A stretch of DNA of 60,360 nt, filler included. It is 5 parts of 5 records of this genome, joined end to end, with 100 filler letters (N's around TTAATTAATTAA, not from the genome) between each part and the next. Parts side by side here need not be neighbours in the genome. Positions count along the whole stretch, not along the records: positions 12,980 to 24,156 come from DRR723986_11227; positions 24,257 to 32,148 come from DRR723986_11237; 3 more parts are not named here. One strand, 5' to 3'. A model generated the notes under the pieces. That model had not been told where the DNA came from, made no database searches, and saw nothing but the letters and a program-made list of their open reading frames with translations. Within the stretch, counting starts at the first letter, position 1. Every line of letters begins with the position of its first letter. Of this stretch, positions 15,244 to 24,555 are shown piece by piece. Position numbers and translations under genes: made by a program.

Positions 15244-16095
15244 ATGACGATCACCGCGCTTCTGGGCGACTACCCGGGCACGAGGGCCTTGAAGGAAGGG
15301 CTGGGCTTCGGCGCCGAGTGCAGCTTTCTCCCCGGCCGCCCGGTGAAGCATTTCCGTGCCTTCGTCGAGCGTCTGCACATCGACATCGTCGAAGCGCCCG
15401 TCATGACCATGCTGATGGCGCATGACCGCAGCGTGCCGCTGGCGCTGCTGCCCGTCGTCGTGCTGGGCGGCACGCAGCATCGCCATTTGTACAGCCGCCG
15501 CGATGGGCCGATCCGTCGGCCCGAAGACCTCGTGGGCAAGAGGATCGGTGTCCGGGCCTACACGGTGACGACCGTGACCTGGCTGCGCGACATTCTGGAG
15601 CAGGAACACGGAATCCCCCGCGATGCGATCACATGGGTGGTCTTCGAACAGCCCCATGTCGCGGGCTTCGAGAACCCGCAAACCGTGGTGCAGGCGCCCG
15701 ATGGCGCCAGCGCCGAGGATATGCTGCGCGATGGCGCCCTGGACGCCGCGATCCTGCGCGCCGTGCCGGATGGCTATGATTTCGCGCCCGTGATCGAAGC
15801 GCCCGACAAGGCCGGAGAGGCGTGGTGCAAGACGCACGGGGCCATGCAGATCAACCATATGATGACCGTGCCGCGCGCCTTTGCGCAACGACATCCTGAT
15901 GCCGTGGCACGTTTCATGCAGGGGCTGGAGGCAAGCGTTGCCTGCGCAACGGAACGGCCGGGCGCGCAAACCCTGATTGGCCGCGCCGCCGTGGACCGCA
16001 GCCTTGCCCTGGCTGTCGCCTGCGCGCGCCGTCAGGGGCTCATTGCGGCCGAACCGGACCTGGAGGACCTCTATCGGGGGAACGGCCTGTCCTGA
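15244..16095 (+). CDS. 4,5-dihydroxyphthalate decarboxylase-like / ABC substrate-binding-fold protein
   Basis: GDYPGTRALK, PEDLVGKRIGVRAYTVTTVTWLRDIL, INHMMTV. Confidence 0.7.
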   Translation: MTITALLGDYPGTRALKEGLGFGAECSFLPGRPVKHFRAFVERLHIDIVEAPVMTMLMAHDRSVPLALLPVVVLGGTQHRHLYSRRDGPIRRPEDLVGKRIGVRAYTVTTVTWLRDILEQEHGIPRDAITWVVFEQPHVAGFENPQTVVQAPDGASAEDMLRDGALDAAILRAVPDGYDFAPVIEAPDKAGEAWCKTHGAMQINHMMTVPRAFAQRHPDAVARFMQGLEASVACATERPGAQTLIGRAAVDRSLALAVACARRQGLIAAEPDLEDLYRGNGLS

Positions 16096-16141
16096 GGGGT
16101 GGCCGTCGCAGGATCAACAGAATTTCAAAGGGAGGAAGAAC

Positions 16142-17101
16142 ATGAAGATCAACATGAAATCCGGGCTGACGGCCCTCGCGGGGATGATCCTTGCAGCCAC
16201 CTCGGTGCAGGCTCAGGACTGGAAACCCGAACAGCCGGTGCGCATGATCGTGGCCTTCGCGCCGGGCGGTCCCGTCGACCTTGTGGGGCGCGAGATCGCG
16301 CAGCGCTTGGGTGAATACCTCGACCAGACGGTGATCGTCGAAAACATGGGCGGCGCGGGTGGCATCATCGGCGCGCAGCACGTGGCGCAGTCCGAACCGG
16401 ACGGTCAGACGATCTTTTTCGCCGCCGCCGGCAACGTCGTGATCCGCCCGCTGGTGGACAACAACCGCGATCTTCAAAGCCAACTGCGGTCCGTCGGGCT
16501 GGTCTCCAAAAGCCCGCACGCGATGGTGGTCCGCGATGGGCTGGAGGTCGAGACCGTCGCAGAGCTGATCGCCTATGCCAAGGAGAATCCGGGCGAGCTC
16601 AACTTCGGCTCTGCCGGTACCGGCGCAGCGGCACATCTGGGCTTTGAGATGTTCAAGCAGGCGACCGGCGTCGAGATCGAACACATCCCCTACAAGGGGT
16701 CGGCCCCGGCAATCGTCGATCTGGCCGCTGGCGCCGTGGACATGTCGCTCAGTTCGATCCCGTCGCTGACCGCCATGATCGAGGCGGGCAAGATCCGCAT
16801 GATCGCCCTGACCGACGAGGCTCCGACCGACATGGGTGTGCCCAAGGTGTCCGACACGGTCGAAGGCTATGCCTATTCGACCTGGTATGGCGTGATGGTC
16901 CCCGCCGAGACGGACGACACCATCGTGCAAACCCTGAACAAGGGCCTCGAATTTGCCGTGTCCGACGAGGCGCTGGCAGAGCGTCTGGCCGGGATGGGCG
17001 CCAAGCTGGGGCATTCGACGCCCGAAGAGATGGAAGCATTCTTCAAGGAGGAAGTGGAACGCTGGGATGCCGTGATCGAGGCATCGGGCATCCGGAACTG
17101 A
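16142..17101 (+). CDS. Tripartite tricarboxylate transporter substrate-binding protein (TctC/Bug)
   Basis: Signal peptide, IVAFAPGGPVD, VENMGGAGG, HIPYKGS; GGAGG RBS before ATG 16142. Confidence 0.93.
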   Translation: MKINMKSGLTALAGMILAATSVQAQDWKPEQPVRMIVAFAPGGPVDLVGREIAQRLGEYLDQTVIVENMGGAGGIIGAQHVAQSEPDGQTIFFAAAGNVVIRPLVDNNRDLQSQLRSVGLVSKSPHAMVVRDGLEVETVAELIAYAKENPGELNFGSAGTGAAAHLGFEMFKQATGVEIEHIPYKGSAPAIVDLAAGAVDMSLSSIPSLTAMIEAGKIRMIALTDEAPTDMGVPKVSDTVEGYAYSTWYGVMVPAETDDTIVQTLNKGLEFAVSDEALAERLAGMGAKLGHSTPEEMEAFFKEEVERWDAVIEASGIRN

Positions 17102-17196
17102 CGGCAGCCGCCAAGGGGTAACGCCACCGGGCTTGCGATCGCTACAGGCGATCGCAAGCTCTTTTCGTTTCGGGACGCCTTCGGGCGGGTGGCGGT

Positions 17197-17949
17197 TCAG
17201 GCGGGCTCGTCGTCGACAGGGGACGCCGCGACGGGGGCGGCCTGTTCTCCGTAGAAGGCAGGATTGCCGCCGAGCGCCCGGGTCAGTTCGGCCCCGACCA
17301 TCCGCAACGCCTTTAGATGCAAAGCCACCGCTTCCGGGGCAAAGCGGTTAGGCGGCCCGGTCACGGCCAGAGCGCCGAACAGGGCATCGCCCCCCTGGAA
17401 CAGCGGCACCGCCATGCTGGCAACCTGTGGGTCGGTTTCGCCGAAGGTGTTGTAATACCCCTGCGCCCGGATGCTCTCGTAAAGGCTGCCTTCCTCACCC
17501 GAAAAGGCCAGTATGACACGCCCCGGAGAGCCGAAGTTCAGCGGCAGCAGGGTGCCCACCCGCACATGATGGCGGATGGACTGACTCGATTCATGGCGGA
17601 ACAGGCAGATCCGGTGATCGCCTTCGCGTACATAAAGTGCCGCGGTTTCCCCGGTCACCTTGGACAGTTGCCGCAGGGCCGGTTCGGCAGCGTCACGGAT
17701 GTTGAAGTTGCTCTGGTAGATCGTCCCCAGCCGGACGAGCGCAGGCCCCAGACGCCAGCTCGAATCCGGGTTCTGGATCAGGAAATGCCGGTTGGCCAAG
17801 GTGCGCGCGATCCTCAGCGCCGTCGCCTTGTCCAACGCGGTCTTGCGGGCAAGCTCTGCGAGGCTGAGCGTGACTTCCCCCTCTTCGAATGACTGGATGA
17901 TCGACAGCGCGCGTTCTACCGCAGAGACGCTTTCGGGTCGTTTTGCCAT
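17197..17949 (-). CDS. IclR-family transcriptional regulator
   Basis: SAVERALSII wHTH start, TGETAALYV, GSPGRVILAF, ALAVTGP. Confidence 0.93.
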   Translation of the reverse strand: MAKRPESVSAVERALSIIQSFEEGEVTLSLAELARKTALDKATALRIARTLANRHFLIQNPDSSWRLGPALVRLGTIYQSNFNIRDAAEPALRQLSKVTGETAALYVREGDHRICLFRHESSQSIRHHVRVGTLLPLNFGSPGRVILAFSGEEGSLYESIRAQGYYNTFGETDPQVASMAVPLFQGGDALFGALAVTGPPNRFAPEAVALHLKALRMVGAELTRALGGNPAFYGEQAAPVAASPVDDEPA

Positions 17950-17973
17950 GGATCGAACCTCACTCGCTTTGAC

Positions 17974-18008
17974 AATTATTTAAAACGCCGTTTCGCTCTA
18001 TGCAACTG
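17974..18008. promoter_or_regulatory. Putative IclR operator, copy 2
   Basis: Imperfect palindrome GTTTCG-N5-TGCAAC in the divergent iclR/dehydrogenase spacer; similar to 14351-14385. Confidence 0.5.
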
Positions 18009-18108
18009 TCTTGCGTCTTGATATAGCATAGCCCCATCGGAGCCGCCTGCAAACGCACCTGCTGACACCGCGCGGCCGACGGACCGCTGCACCAAGGGGA
18101 AGGACGAC

Positions 18109-19110
18109 ATGCCCGGCCGAACAGTATTGGTGACTGGCGCAAAGCTGCACGACGAAGCCGCGCAGATGCTGGAGGACGCGGGGGTCGCTACCGTCTATTC
18201 CGAGGACGCCATCGACAGCCATGATCTTGCGATGCTGGCGCGCCGCCATCGGGTCGATGGGATCGTCGTCAGGCAAGGGGTCATCGACGAAGAGGTCATT
18301 GCCGCCTCGGACCGCCTGATCGTTCTGTCTCGTCATGGCGTCGGCGTGGATCTGATCGACCTCGAGGCGGCCACGCGGCGGGGCATTCCGGTGCTGAAGG
18401 CGACAGGCGCAAATGCCAGTTCCGCCGCAGAGCACACGATCGGGCTGATCTTTGCGCTCATCAAGGATTTCTTCGCGCTGGATCGCTCTGTGCGCCAAGG
18501 GCGCTGGCCCAAGCAGGGATTCATCGGCCGCGATATTGCCGGTGCCAAACTGGGTCTGGTCGGTCATGGGGCCATCGGCGCCAAGGTCGCGCGCATCGCC
18601 TCGGCCCTGGGCATGCAGGTCGAGGTCTACGATCCCTCCGCACCGGCGGGGGATGGGTTCACTCGGGTCGAAACCCTGGACAAGCTGTTGGCGGGAAACG
18701 AGATCATCAGCCTGCACTGCCCCCTGACCCCGGAAAATCGCCACATGCTGAACGCCGACACCCTGTGGCGCATGCCGCGGGGCGCTCTCCTCGTCAACAC
18801 GGCGCGCGGCGGACTGGTCGAAGAGGATGCGCTGATCGCGGCGTTGCAGGCCGGGCAACTGGGGGGCGCGGCGCTTGACAGCTTTGCGCAAGAGCCGCCG
18901 CCCGCAAACCATCCGCTGTGGCAGATGTCGAATGTCATCCTGACCCCGCATATCGCGGGCGCAGGGCGCAGCGGCATAAAGGCGATGGCCGTGACCAGCG
19001 TCAAGAACATGCTCGATGCCTTTGCCGGCCGCCCCCTGCGCCGCGAAGTTCTCGCCAATCCTGCGGTCGTCGCCCGACCGCCCGCGGCGCCTCATATCAC
19101 CTACGAATAA
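18109..19110 (+). CDS. D-isomer-specific 2-hydroxyacid dehydrogenase
   Basis: RHGVGVD, GHGAIG Rossmann motif, SLHCPLT, VNTARG, TPHIAG. Confidence 0.93.
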   Translation: MPGRTVLVTGAKLHDEAAQMLEDAGVATVYSEDAIDSHDLAMLARRHRVDGIVVRQGVIDEEVIAASDRLIVLSRHGVGVDLIDLEAATRRGIPVLKATGANASSAAEHTIGLIFALIKDFFALDRSVRQGRWPKQGFIGRDIAGAKLGLVGHGAIGAKVARIASALGMQVEVYDPSAPAGDGFTRVETLDKLLAGNEIISLHCPLTPENRHMLNADTLWRMPRGALLVNTARGGLVEEDALIAALQAGQLGGAALDSFAQEPPPANHPLWQMSNVILTPHIAGAGRSGIKAMAVTSVKNMLDAFAGRPLRREVLANPAVVARPPAAPHITYE

Positions 19111-19128
19111 CGGAAAGAGACTGTTTCG

Positions 19129-19800
19129 ATGATCGGATTCAGAATTGAGCAGCGGCAGGCCGTCGTCGCACCGAAATGGGTCGAGGCCTTTCGCGGCCTG
19201 CCGGTGGCCAACATCAGCGACTCCATGCAGCGGATGTTCGCAGGCGGGGCGGATCTGCGCCCGATGCACGGATCCGGGTATCTCTGCGGGCCTGCCCTGA
19301 CGGTTGCCACCCGCCCGGGGGACAACCTGATGCTGCACAAGGCCATCGACATCGCAGAGCCGGGCGACGTGATCGTCGTCGACGGCGGCGGCGACACGAC
19401 CAATGCCCTGATCGGCGAGATGATGATCGCCCATGCGATCAATAGAGGCGTCGCGGGTGTGGTGATCCACGGCGCGGTGCGCGACATCGATTCCATCCGC
19501 AGCGGCACCTTTCCGGTCTACGCCAGCGGCGTCACGCACAGAGGCCCCTACAAAGACGGCCCGGGCGAGATCAACACCACCATCCGCGTCGATGGCCTTG
19601 TCGTTCACCCCGGCGATCTGATCGTGGGTGATGGGGATGGCCTGCTGTCCATTCCCAAAGATGCCGCAGAGGCGATCCACGCCGCCACGGTGGCCAAGCA
19701 GAAAGCGGAAGAGGCGCAGATGGCACGCATCGCCGACAGGACCAACGACCGGTCCTGGGTCGATGCAGCCCTGCGCGAGAAGGGCTGCCACGGCCTGTGA
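19129..19800 (+). CDS. RraA-family / HMG-CHA aldolase-like protein
   Basis: ANISDSM, PGDNLMLH, VVDGGG, GAVRD, PGDLIVGDGDG. Confidence 0.88.
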   Translation: MIGFRIEQRQAVVAPKWVEAFRGLPVANISDSMQRMFAGGADLRPMHGSGYLCGPALTVATRPGDNLMLHKAIDIAEPGDVIVVDGGGDTTNALIGEMMIAHAINRGVAGVVIHGAVRDIDSIRSGTFPVYASGVTHRGPYKDGPGEINTTIRVDGLVVHPGDLIVGDGDGLLSIPKDAAEAIHAATVAKQKAEEAQMARIADRTNDRSWVDAALREKGCHGL

Positions 19801-19848
19801 CGGCCCAGGCTACGCGCGACAAGAAGACACGCAGCGGAGGAGCAGCGT

Positions 19849-20298
19849 ATGAGGCAAGTTGATACCGGCGACATCGTGACCGGAGCACTGATCGGAGCGA
19901 CCGGCATATTCTTTGCGTCCTATTCGCTCGCGGAATATGACATCGGAACGATCAGGCGCATGGGGCCCGGGATGTTCCCGCTGGGAATCGGGCTCGTGCT
20001 GACCGCTCTGGGCGTCTTGATCGCGCTGCCGGCCTTCTTTCGCAGCGGCACCCTTCCGGGTGTCGATGGCAGGTCGCTGGTCATGGTTCTTCTGAGTATC
20101 ATGGCCTTCGCCCTGCTGGTCGGCCCCCTTGGGCTGGCTCCGGCAATCGTTGCCTCTACGATCCTGTCGTCCTACGCCGAGCGCAAGGTTGCGCCGCTGA
20201 CGCTTGCGGGTCTGTGCGCAGCGCTGACCTGCCTGGCCTATCTGATTTTTCGCATAGGCCTTGGCCTGCCGCTGTCCATGTTCAAGTGGCCGTTCTGA
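19849..20298 (+). CDS. tctB: Tripartite tricarboxylate transporter small subunit TctB
   Basis: MGPGMFP motif, about four TM segments, overlaps the tctA start. Confidence 0.88.
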   Translation: MRQVDTGDIVTGALIGATGIFFASYSLAEYDIGTIRRMGPGMFPLGIGLVLTALGVLIALPAFFRSGTLPGVDGRSLVMVLLSIMAFALLVGPLGLAPAIVASTILSSYAERKVAPLTLAGLCAALTCLAYLIFRIGLGLPLSMFKWPF

Positions 20299-21806
20299 TG
20301 GATCTGCTGGCAAACATCTCCATCGGGCTCGACACCGCGCTTTCGGTCGAGAACCTGAGCTACTGCTTTCTGGGCGTCTTTCTTGGCACGCTGATCGGCG
20401 TGATTCCGGGGATCGGATCCCTGGCGGCGATTTCGATGCTCTTTCCGCTGACCTTCCATCTGGATCCGACCACGGCGCTGATCATGCTGGCAGGCATCTG
20501 GTACGGAAGCTCCTACGGGGGCAACACCGCTTCCATCCTGCTCAACATTCCCGGCACGACGTCCAGCGCCGTGACCTGCCTCGACGGCTATCCGATGACC
20601 CGCCAGGGGCGCGGGGGCGTTGCCTTGCTGATGACCACCATGGCGTCTTTCATCGGCGGCACGATCGGCATCGTCATCCTGATGATCTTCTCTCCGACGA
20701 TCTCCGAATACGCGCTGAATTTCGGCTCGTCCGAGTATTTCGCGCTGATGCTGCTGGGTCTGGTGGCGGCCTCGACGATCACCTCGGGCGCACCGGCCAA
20801 GGGCCTTGCCATGGTCGTTCTGGGGCTGGCCTTCGGCGTGGTCGGCACCGACATCTATTCGGGTGTGCCGCGGTTCACCTTTGGCTCGCTGGACCTGATG
20901 GACGGGCTCAGCCTCGTGGCGCTCGCGATGGGGCTGTTCGGCGTGACCGAGGTGATCGCCAGCATCGGCAAGGTCGACATGACGACGATCGACCGCCAGA
21001 GCGTCAGCCTGAGGGCGATGACCCCCACGAAGGACGACCTCAAACGCTCGGGCATGCCGATCCTGCGCGGTACGGGTTTCGGCTCTTTCTTCGGCACCTT
21101 GCCGGGAACCGGGCCGTCCATCGCAGCCTTCATGGCCTACGCCATCGAGAAACAGATCGCCAAGGACCCCTCGCGCTTTGGCAAGGGCGCGATAGAGGGG
21201 ATCTGCGCGCCAGAAGCGGCAAACAACGCCGCGGACCAGACGGCCTTCATCCCGACGCTCACGCTGGGCATTCCCGGCAGCGCCACCATGGCCATCATGC
21301 TGGGCGCCCTGATGATCCACGGCATCAACCCCGGTCCGGGCCTGATGACAGAGCATCCGGACCTTTTCTGGGGCCTCGTGATGAGCTTCTGGATCGGGAA
21401 CCTGCTGCTTGTGCTGCTCAACGTTCCGATGATTGGGCTTTGGGTCCGACTGTTGCTGGTGCCGTATCACCTGCTGTTTCCGGCCGTCCTGATGTTCATC
21501 TGCCTCGGCACCTACACGGTCCACAACAACGTCGCCGATGTCTGGATGGTCGCCTTTTTCGGGGCGCTTGGATACCTGATGCGGTATCTGTCCCTGCCGG
21601 CCGCGCCACTGTTGCTGGGGTTCGTGCTGGGTCCGCTCATGGAGGAACACTTCCGTCGCGCCATGCTGCTGTCCCGAGGCGATTTCATGACCTTCTTCGA
21701 CCGGCCGATCAGCAGCGCCGTGATGGTCGTGACTGCCGCTTTGCTCGTCTGGACGGTCTGGTCGACCCTGCGCGCCGCTTCTGCGTCGCGCCGCGCGCGG
21801 ATCTGA
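20298..21806 (+). CDS. tctA: Tripartite tricarboxylate transporter large subunit TctA
   Basis: GTLIGVIPGIG, ILLNIPG, DGYPM, APEAANNA, TLTLGIPG. Confidence 0.95.
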   Translation: MDLLANISIGLDTALSVENLSYCFLGVFLGTLIGVIPGIGSLAAISMLFPLTFHLDPTTALIMLAGIWYGSSYGGNTASILLNIPGTTSSAVTCLDGYPMTRQGRGGVALLMTTMASFIGGTIGIVILMIFSPTISEYALNFGSSEYFALMLLGLVAASTITSGAPAKGLAMVVLGLAFGVVGTDIYSGVPRFTFGSLDLMDGLSLVALAMGLFGVTEVIASIGKVDMTTIDRQSVSLRAMTPTKDDLKRSGMPILRGTGFGSFFGTLPGTGPSIAAFMAYAIEKQIAKDPSRFGKGAIEGICAPEAANNAADQTAFIPTLTLGIPGSATMAIMLGALMIHGINPGPGLMTEHPDLFWGLVMSFWIGNLLLVLLNVPMIGLWVRLLLVPYHLLFPAVLMFICLGTYTVHNNVADVWMVAFFGALGYLMRYLSLPAAPLLLGFVLGPLMEEHFRRAMLLSRGDFMTFFDRPISSAVMVVTAALLVWTVWSTLRAASASRRARI

Positions 21807-21965
21807 TGTGGCATGCACGTGAGGATGGGGCATATGAATGCACGCCCAATTGATTCGGAGCGCGGCGACTATCTTCTAAGTATCTGAAAAATTTAATCTT
21901 TTCGAGACCGCCTCGGTGAGGCATGGCAATTGCATGCACACTCGGACCATAACCATGCACACTTC
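21807..21965. mobile_element. Candidate Tn7/Tn5053-like transposon end
   Basis: TGT at 21807, immediately after the tctA stop; four same-orientation ATGCAC-core repeats at 21813, 21838, 21934, 21955; downstream of tnsB/tnsC-like genes. Confidence 0.5.
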
Positions 21966-22040
21966 GAGGACACCAGAATACAAAAAAGGCCCGCAATATG
22001 CGGACCTTAACTCTTCATTGATGGTGTTCAGTCAGTTTGA

Positions 22041-23051
22041 CTATGGTGACTTGGCCCTGGTTTTTTTCTTGGATCGAGTCTTCTCATAGGCTTCCATCAA
22101 CTTCGACTGATCGAAGTGTCTTTGGTAGTCTGGCATCGTGAAGGGCGAGTATCCAAGAGGCAGTCCGGAAATTTTCGAGAATGCAGCGGAGAAGTGGTCG
22201 ATCCTGCAAACTTTGTCGGGTTCATGTGCAACATGACCGAAGGCCTCGATCAGTAGTTCAATCACCAGGCCCCAACGCTGGCACGCTGCAAAAGCGAGGC
22301 GATGAGGGAACTCATCGGTCGCGAAGCTATCGACGTCGAGACCGGCCTTGTCTGCGTAGCTGAAGATGACTTGCAGCAACTCCTCCATGTCTGCCTCTCG
22401 GGTCAGGTCGATCCCTTCGAACGACACGGTCCGAAGCAACCTGTCGAGTTGCTCCTCCTTCTTGATGTGGGTGGAAAGGCGGGGGATGCCGGAGAAGATC
22501 AACATCAACGGCCAATGCTGATCCTTGAGGAGTGACTTGAAGCTGTCCAGCATCTTTTGATTGGTGACGGAATCTTTCTCGGTGAAAACGTGCTGACATT
22601 CGTCGAAGTGAATACCAACAACACCTTGGAGCTCCGCACAGTTGCGGACCTTTGACCAAATCTCGGCTTGCGAATGGCGGCCCCTGTACTGGGGGCCCGT
22701 GAGAGGGTACCCCAGCTCCTCAAGAATTACGATCCCGAGGTCCTTCCAAGTGACCTTCCCGGATAGCAGACACGAAACGATGACTGCTGGGCGCCCATCC
22801 GGCATGATCGTCGTGCCATCATTGAACGCCTTAAGCATAGCTTGAATCTCGGTGGATTTGCCTTGGCGCGACTCCCCGATGACAACGAGGCCCCGCGCCT
22901 CGAAGCGCTCTCCGATGGATGCCTTGATGAAATAGTCGCTTGCACACCACTTCATCACGTCTCTCAGTTGGTCTGCGCGACCGAACGGGAACCGAGCTGC
23001 CAGCAGTGGTGTCAGCATCTTCACAGCGCATCCATCGATGAAACTCATCAC
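22041..23051 (-). CDS. TniB/TnsC-like AAA+ transposition ATPase
   Basis: Walker A GESRQGKS, Walker B IHFDECQH; overlaps the transposase stop. Confidence 0.85.
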   Translation of the reverse strand: MMSFIDGCAVKMLTPLLAARFPFGRADQLRDVMKWCASDYFIKASIGERFEARGLVVIGESRQGKSTEIQAMLKAFNDGTTIMPDGRPAVIVSCLLSGKVTWKDLGIVILEELGYPLTGPQYRGRHSQAEIWSKVRNCAELQGVVGIHFDECQHVFTEKDSVTNQKMLDSFKSLLKDQHWPLMLIFSGIPRLSTHIKKEEQLDRLLRTVSFEGIDLTREADMEELLQVIFSYADKAGLDVDSFATDEFPHRLAFAACQRWGLVIELLIEAFGHVAHEPDKVCRIDHFSAAFSKISGLPLGYSPFTMPDYQRHFDQSKLMEAYEKTRSKKKTRAKSP

Positions 23052-24128
23052 TTCAACTCCTTGATGTTGGTGGGCCGTGCGAGCTTGGCGAGTTTCTGGA
23101 TGGCTGGTGCCTTACCAGCAGGCGCGGCCACGTGATCGGTATCTACCGGCGAGGCGAGGCGTTCGTCGGAACCTGTTTCAGAACTGTGACTTCCGGGGTC
23201 GTCAGAGTGTGTAACCGGTTCCGCATTACCATCAATAACGGACGCGCCTTCACCGATCTTGAACGCTGTCGCATCTTGTCCGAGGCTGGTAATTGCATCC
23301 GGAGCGGTTGTCCCAGCTAAGGTTTTCGACCGAGCCATCCGAGCACCGGCGAAGACGACTTTTGCCATTTCCTTGCACTCTTCGACGGTGGTGTAGCTGC
23401 GCGGCAGTTCGTGTTCGACGCCGATCGACGAGATATCCTCGAAGCGACGCGCCTTAACGGCCATCAGGCGGTCATGGTAGATTTCGGTGGCCTCAGGCTC
23501 CTCGCGTCGGTACTCGGCCATGAGCTGCAACACCTCGCCGAGGGTCATATCGGCGAAAACAGTCATCTGCAGGTGAACTTCGATGGGATCAGGTTCTCCG
23601 GGCATCACCACCGTGGCAAGCGTCAGATCATCCGGATCCACGAAAACTTTCACCTTTCCTTTGAAGTGATTATTTTCCCGCGCGTCTTGGAGTTGGTCGG
23701 AATTGAACCAGATCCCTTCAAACACTCGGACGCCGTCATCAGTGGGAGTGGTGCTGGCCTCCCACCCAAGGTGAATTCGCCGGGTGTTCGGATCCGGCAC
23801 CCTCACCTGCCCCCGAGCCGCATTGATCGCGTCGTACACATCGCGAGGACGGCGGCCACCCATTCCAACGCCATAATTCCGCTCAAAAGGTTGTTCGTCG
23901 ATAAGATACCTGGTGAGCATCCCATAGAGCGGCTCCACATCGACCACTCCATTCTTGATGGCGTCATAGCCCGGGATGTCCCCAGGGCGTCGTCCGGTGT
24001 AGCCTGGCATCACCTTGAAGAACCGTGACTCGAGCGTGCCAAAGAGACGTTCATCATGCGCCCGGTCTTTCGGAGAGTAAGTTCGCGTGATGCCATTGAT
24101 GGTGCCCATCCCCATCAGAGCTTTGATG
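23048..24128 (-). CDS. Mu/TnsB-like DDE transposase, C-terminal part only
   Basis: PKDRAHDERLFGTLESRFFKVMPGYTG catalytic-Glu region and Mu-type C-terminal segment; N-terminal half absent. Confidence 0.8.
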
Positions 24129-24156
24129 TGTAATCCCCCCGTTTTTGCAGGGGCTT
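24129..24156. mobile_element. Possible IS terminal inverted repeat interrupting the transposase
   Basis: TGTAATCCCCCCGTTTTTGCAGGGG resembles TG-initiated IS3-type ends and coincides with the contig break. Confidence 0.3.
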
Positions 24157-24256
24157 NNNNNNNNNNNNNNNNNNNNNNNNNNNNNNNNNNNNNNNNNNNN
24201 TTAATTAATTAANNNNNNNNNNNNNNNNNNNNNNNNNNNNNNNNNNNNNNNNNNNN
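24157..24256. other. Artificial contig spacer
   Basis: N44-TTAATTAATTAA-N44. Confidence 0.98.
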
Positions 24257-24348
24257 TTGCGGAACAGCCCCTGCTTGCGGAACAGCTCCTGCCTGCGGAA
24301 CAGCTCCTGCTTGCGGAACAGCCTCTGGCTTGCGGAACAGCCCCTGGC
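24257..24348. repeat. Tandem repeat, at least 5 copies of an 18-19 bp unit (TTGCGGAACAGCYCCTGC)
   Basis: Units start at 24257, 24275, 24293, 24311, 24330; array is truncated by the contig start. Confidence 0.9.
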
Positions 24349-24555
24349 TTGTAAACCTTAACATGCCGTTTGCAGAAGCGGTCAAATACACTGAAAACTT
24401 TATGACTACATATTGGCGTTCGGCGGCGGAACAAACAGACGACATCTCTGAGTCGTTAGCCTGCCTTCAGCGCCCTTAACTGTTAGTTGTGTGCACGGTT
24501 TCTGCCGGTGACACACTTAACGGATTTGATGTTTGGCAACTCACGCGATACTCCT

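Noticed and set aside
17998-21853. Long overlapping ORFs (597, 531 and 530 aa)
   Set aside because: Antisense or alternative-frame shadows of the dehydrogenase, RraA and tctA genes in high-GC DNA.
24257-24348. Possible CRISPR array or AVPQAG repeat protein
   Set aside because: Units are contiguous with no spacers and no cas genes, and the 19-bp units break the frame.
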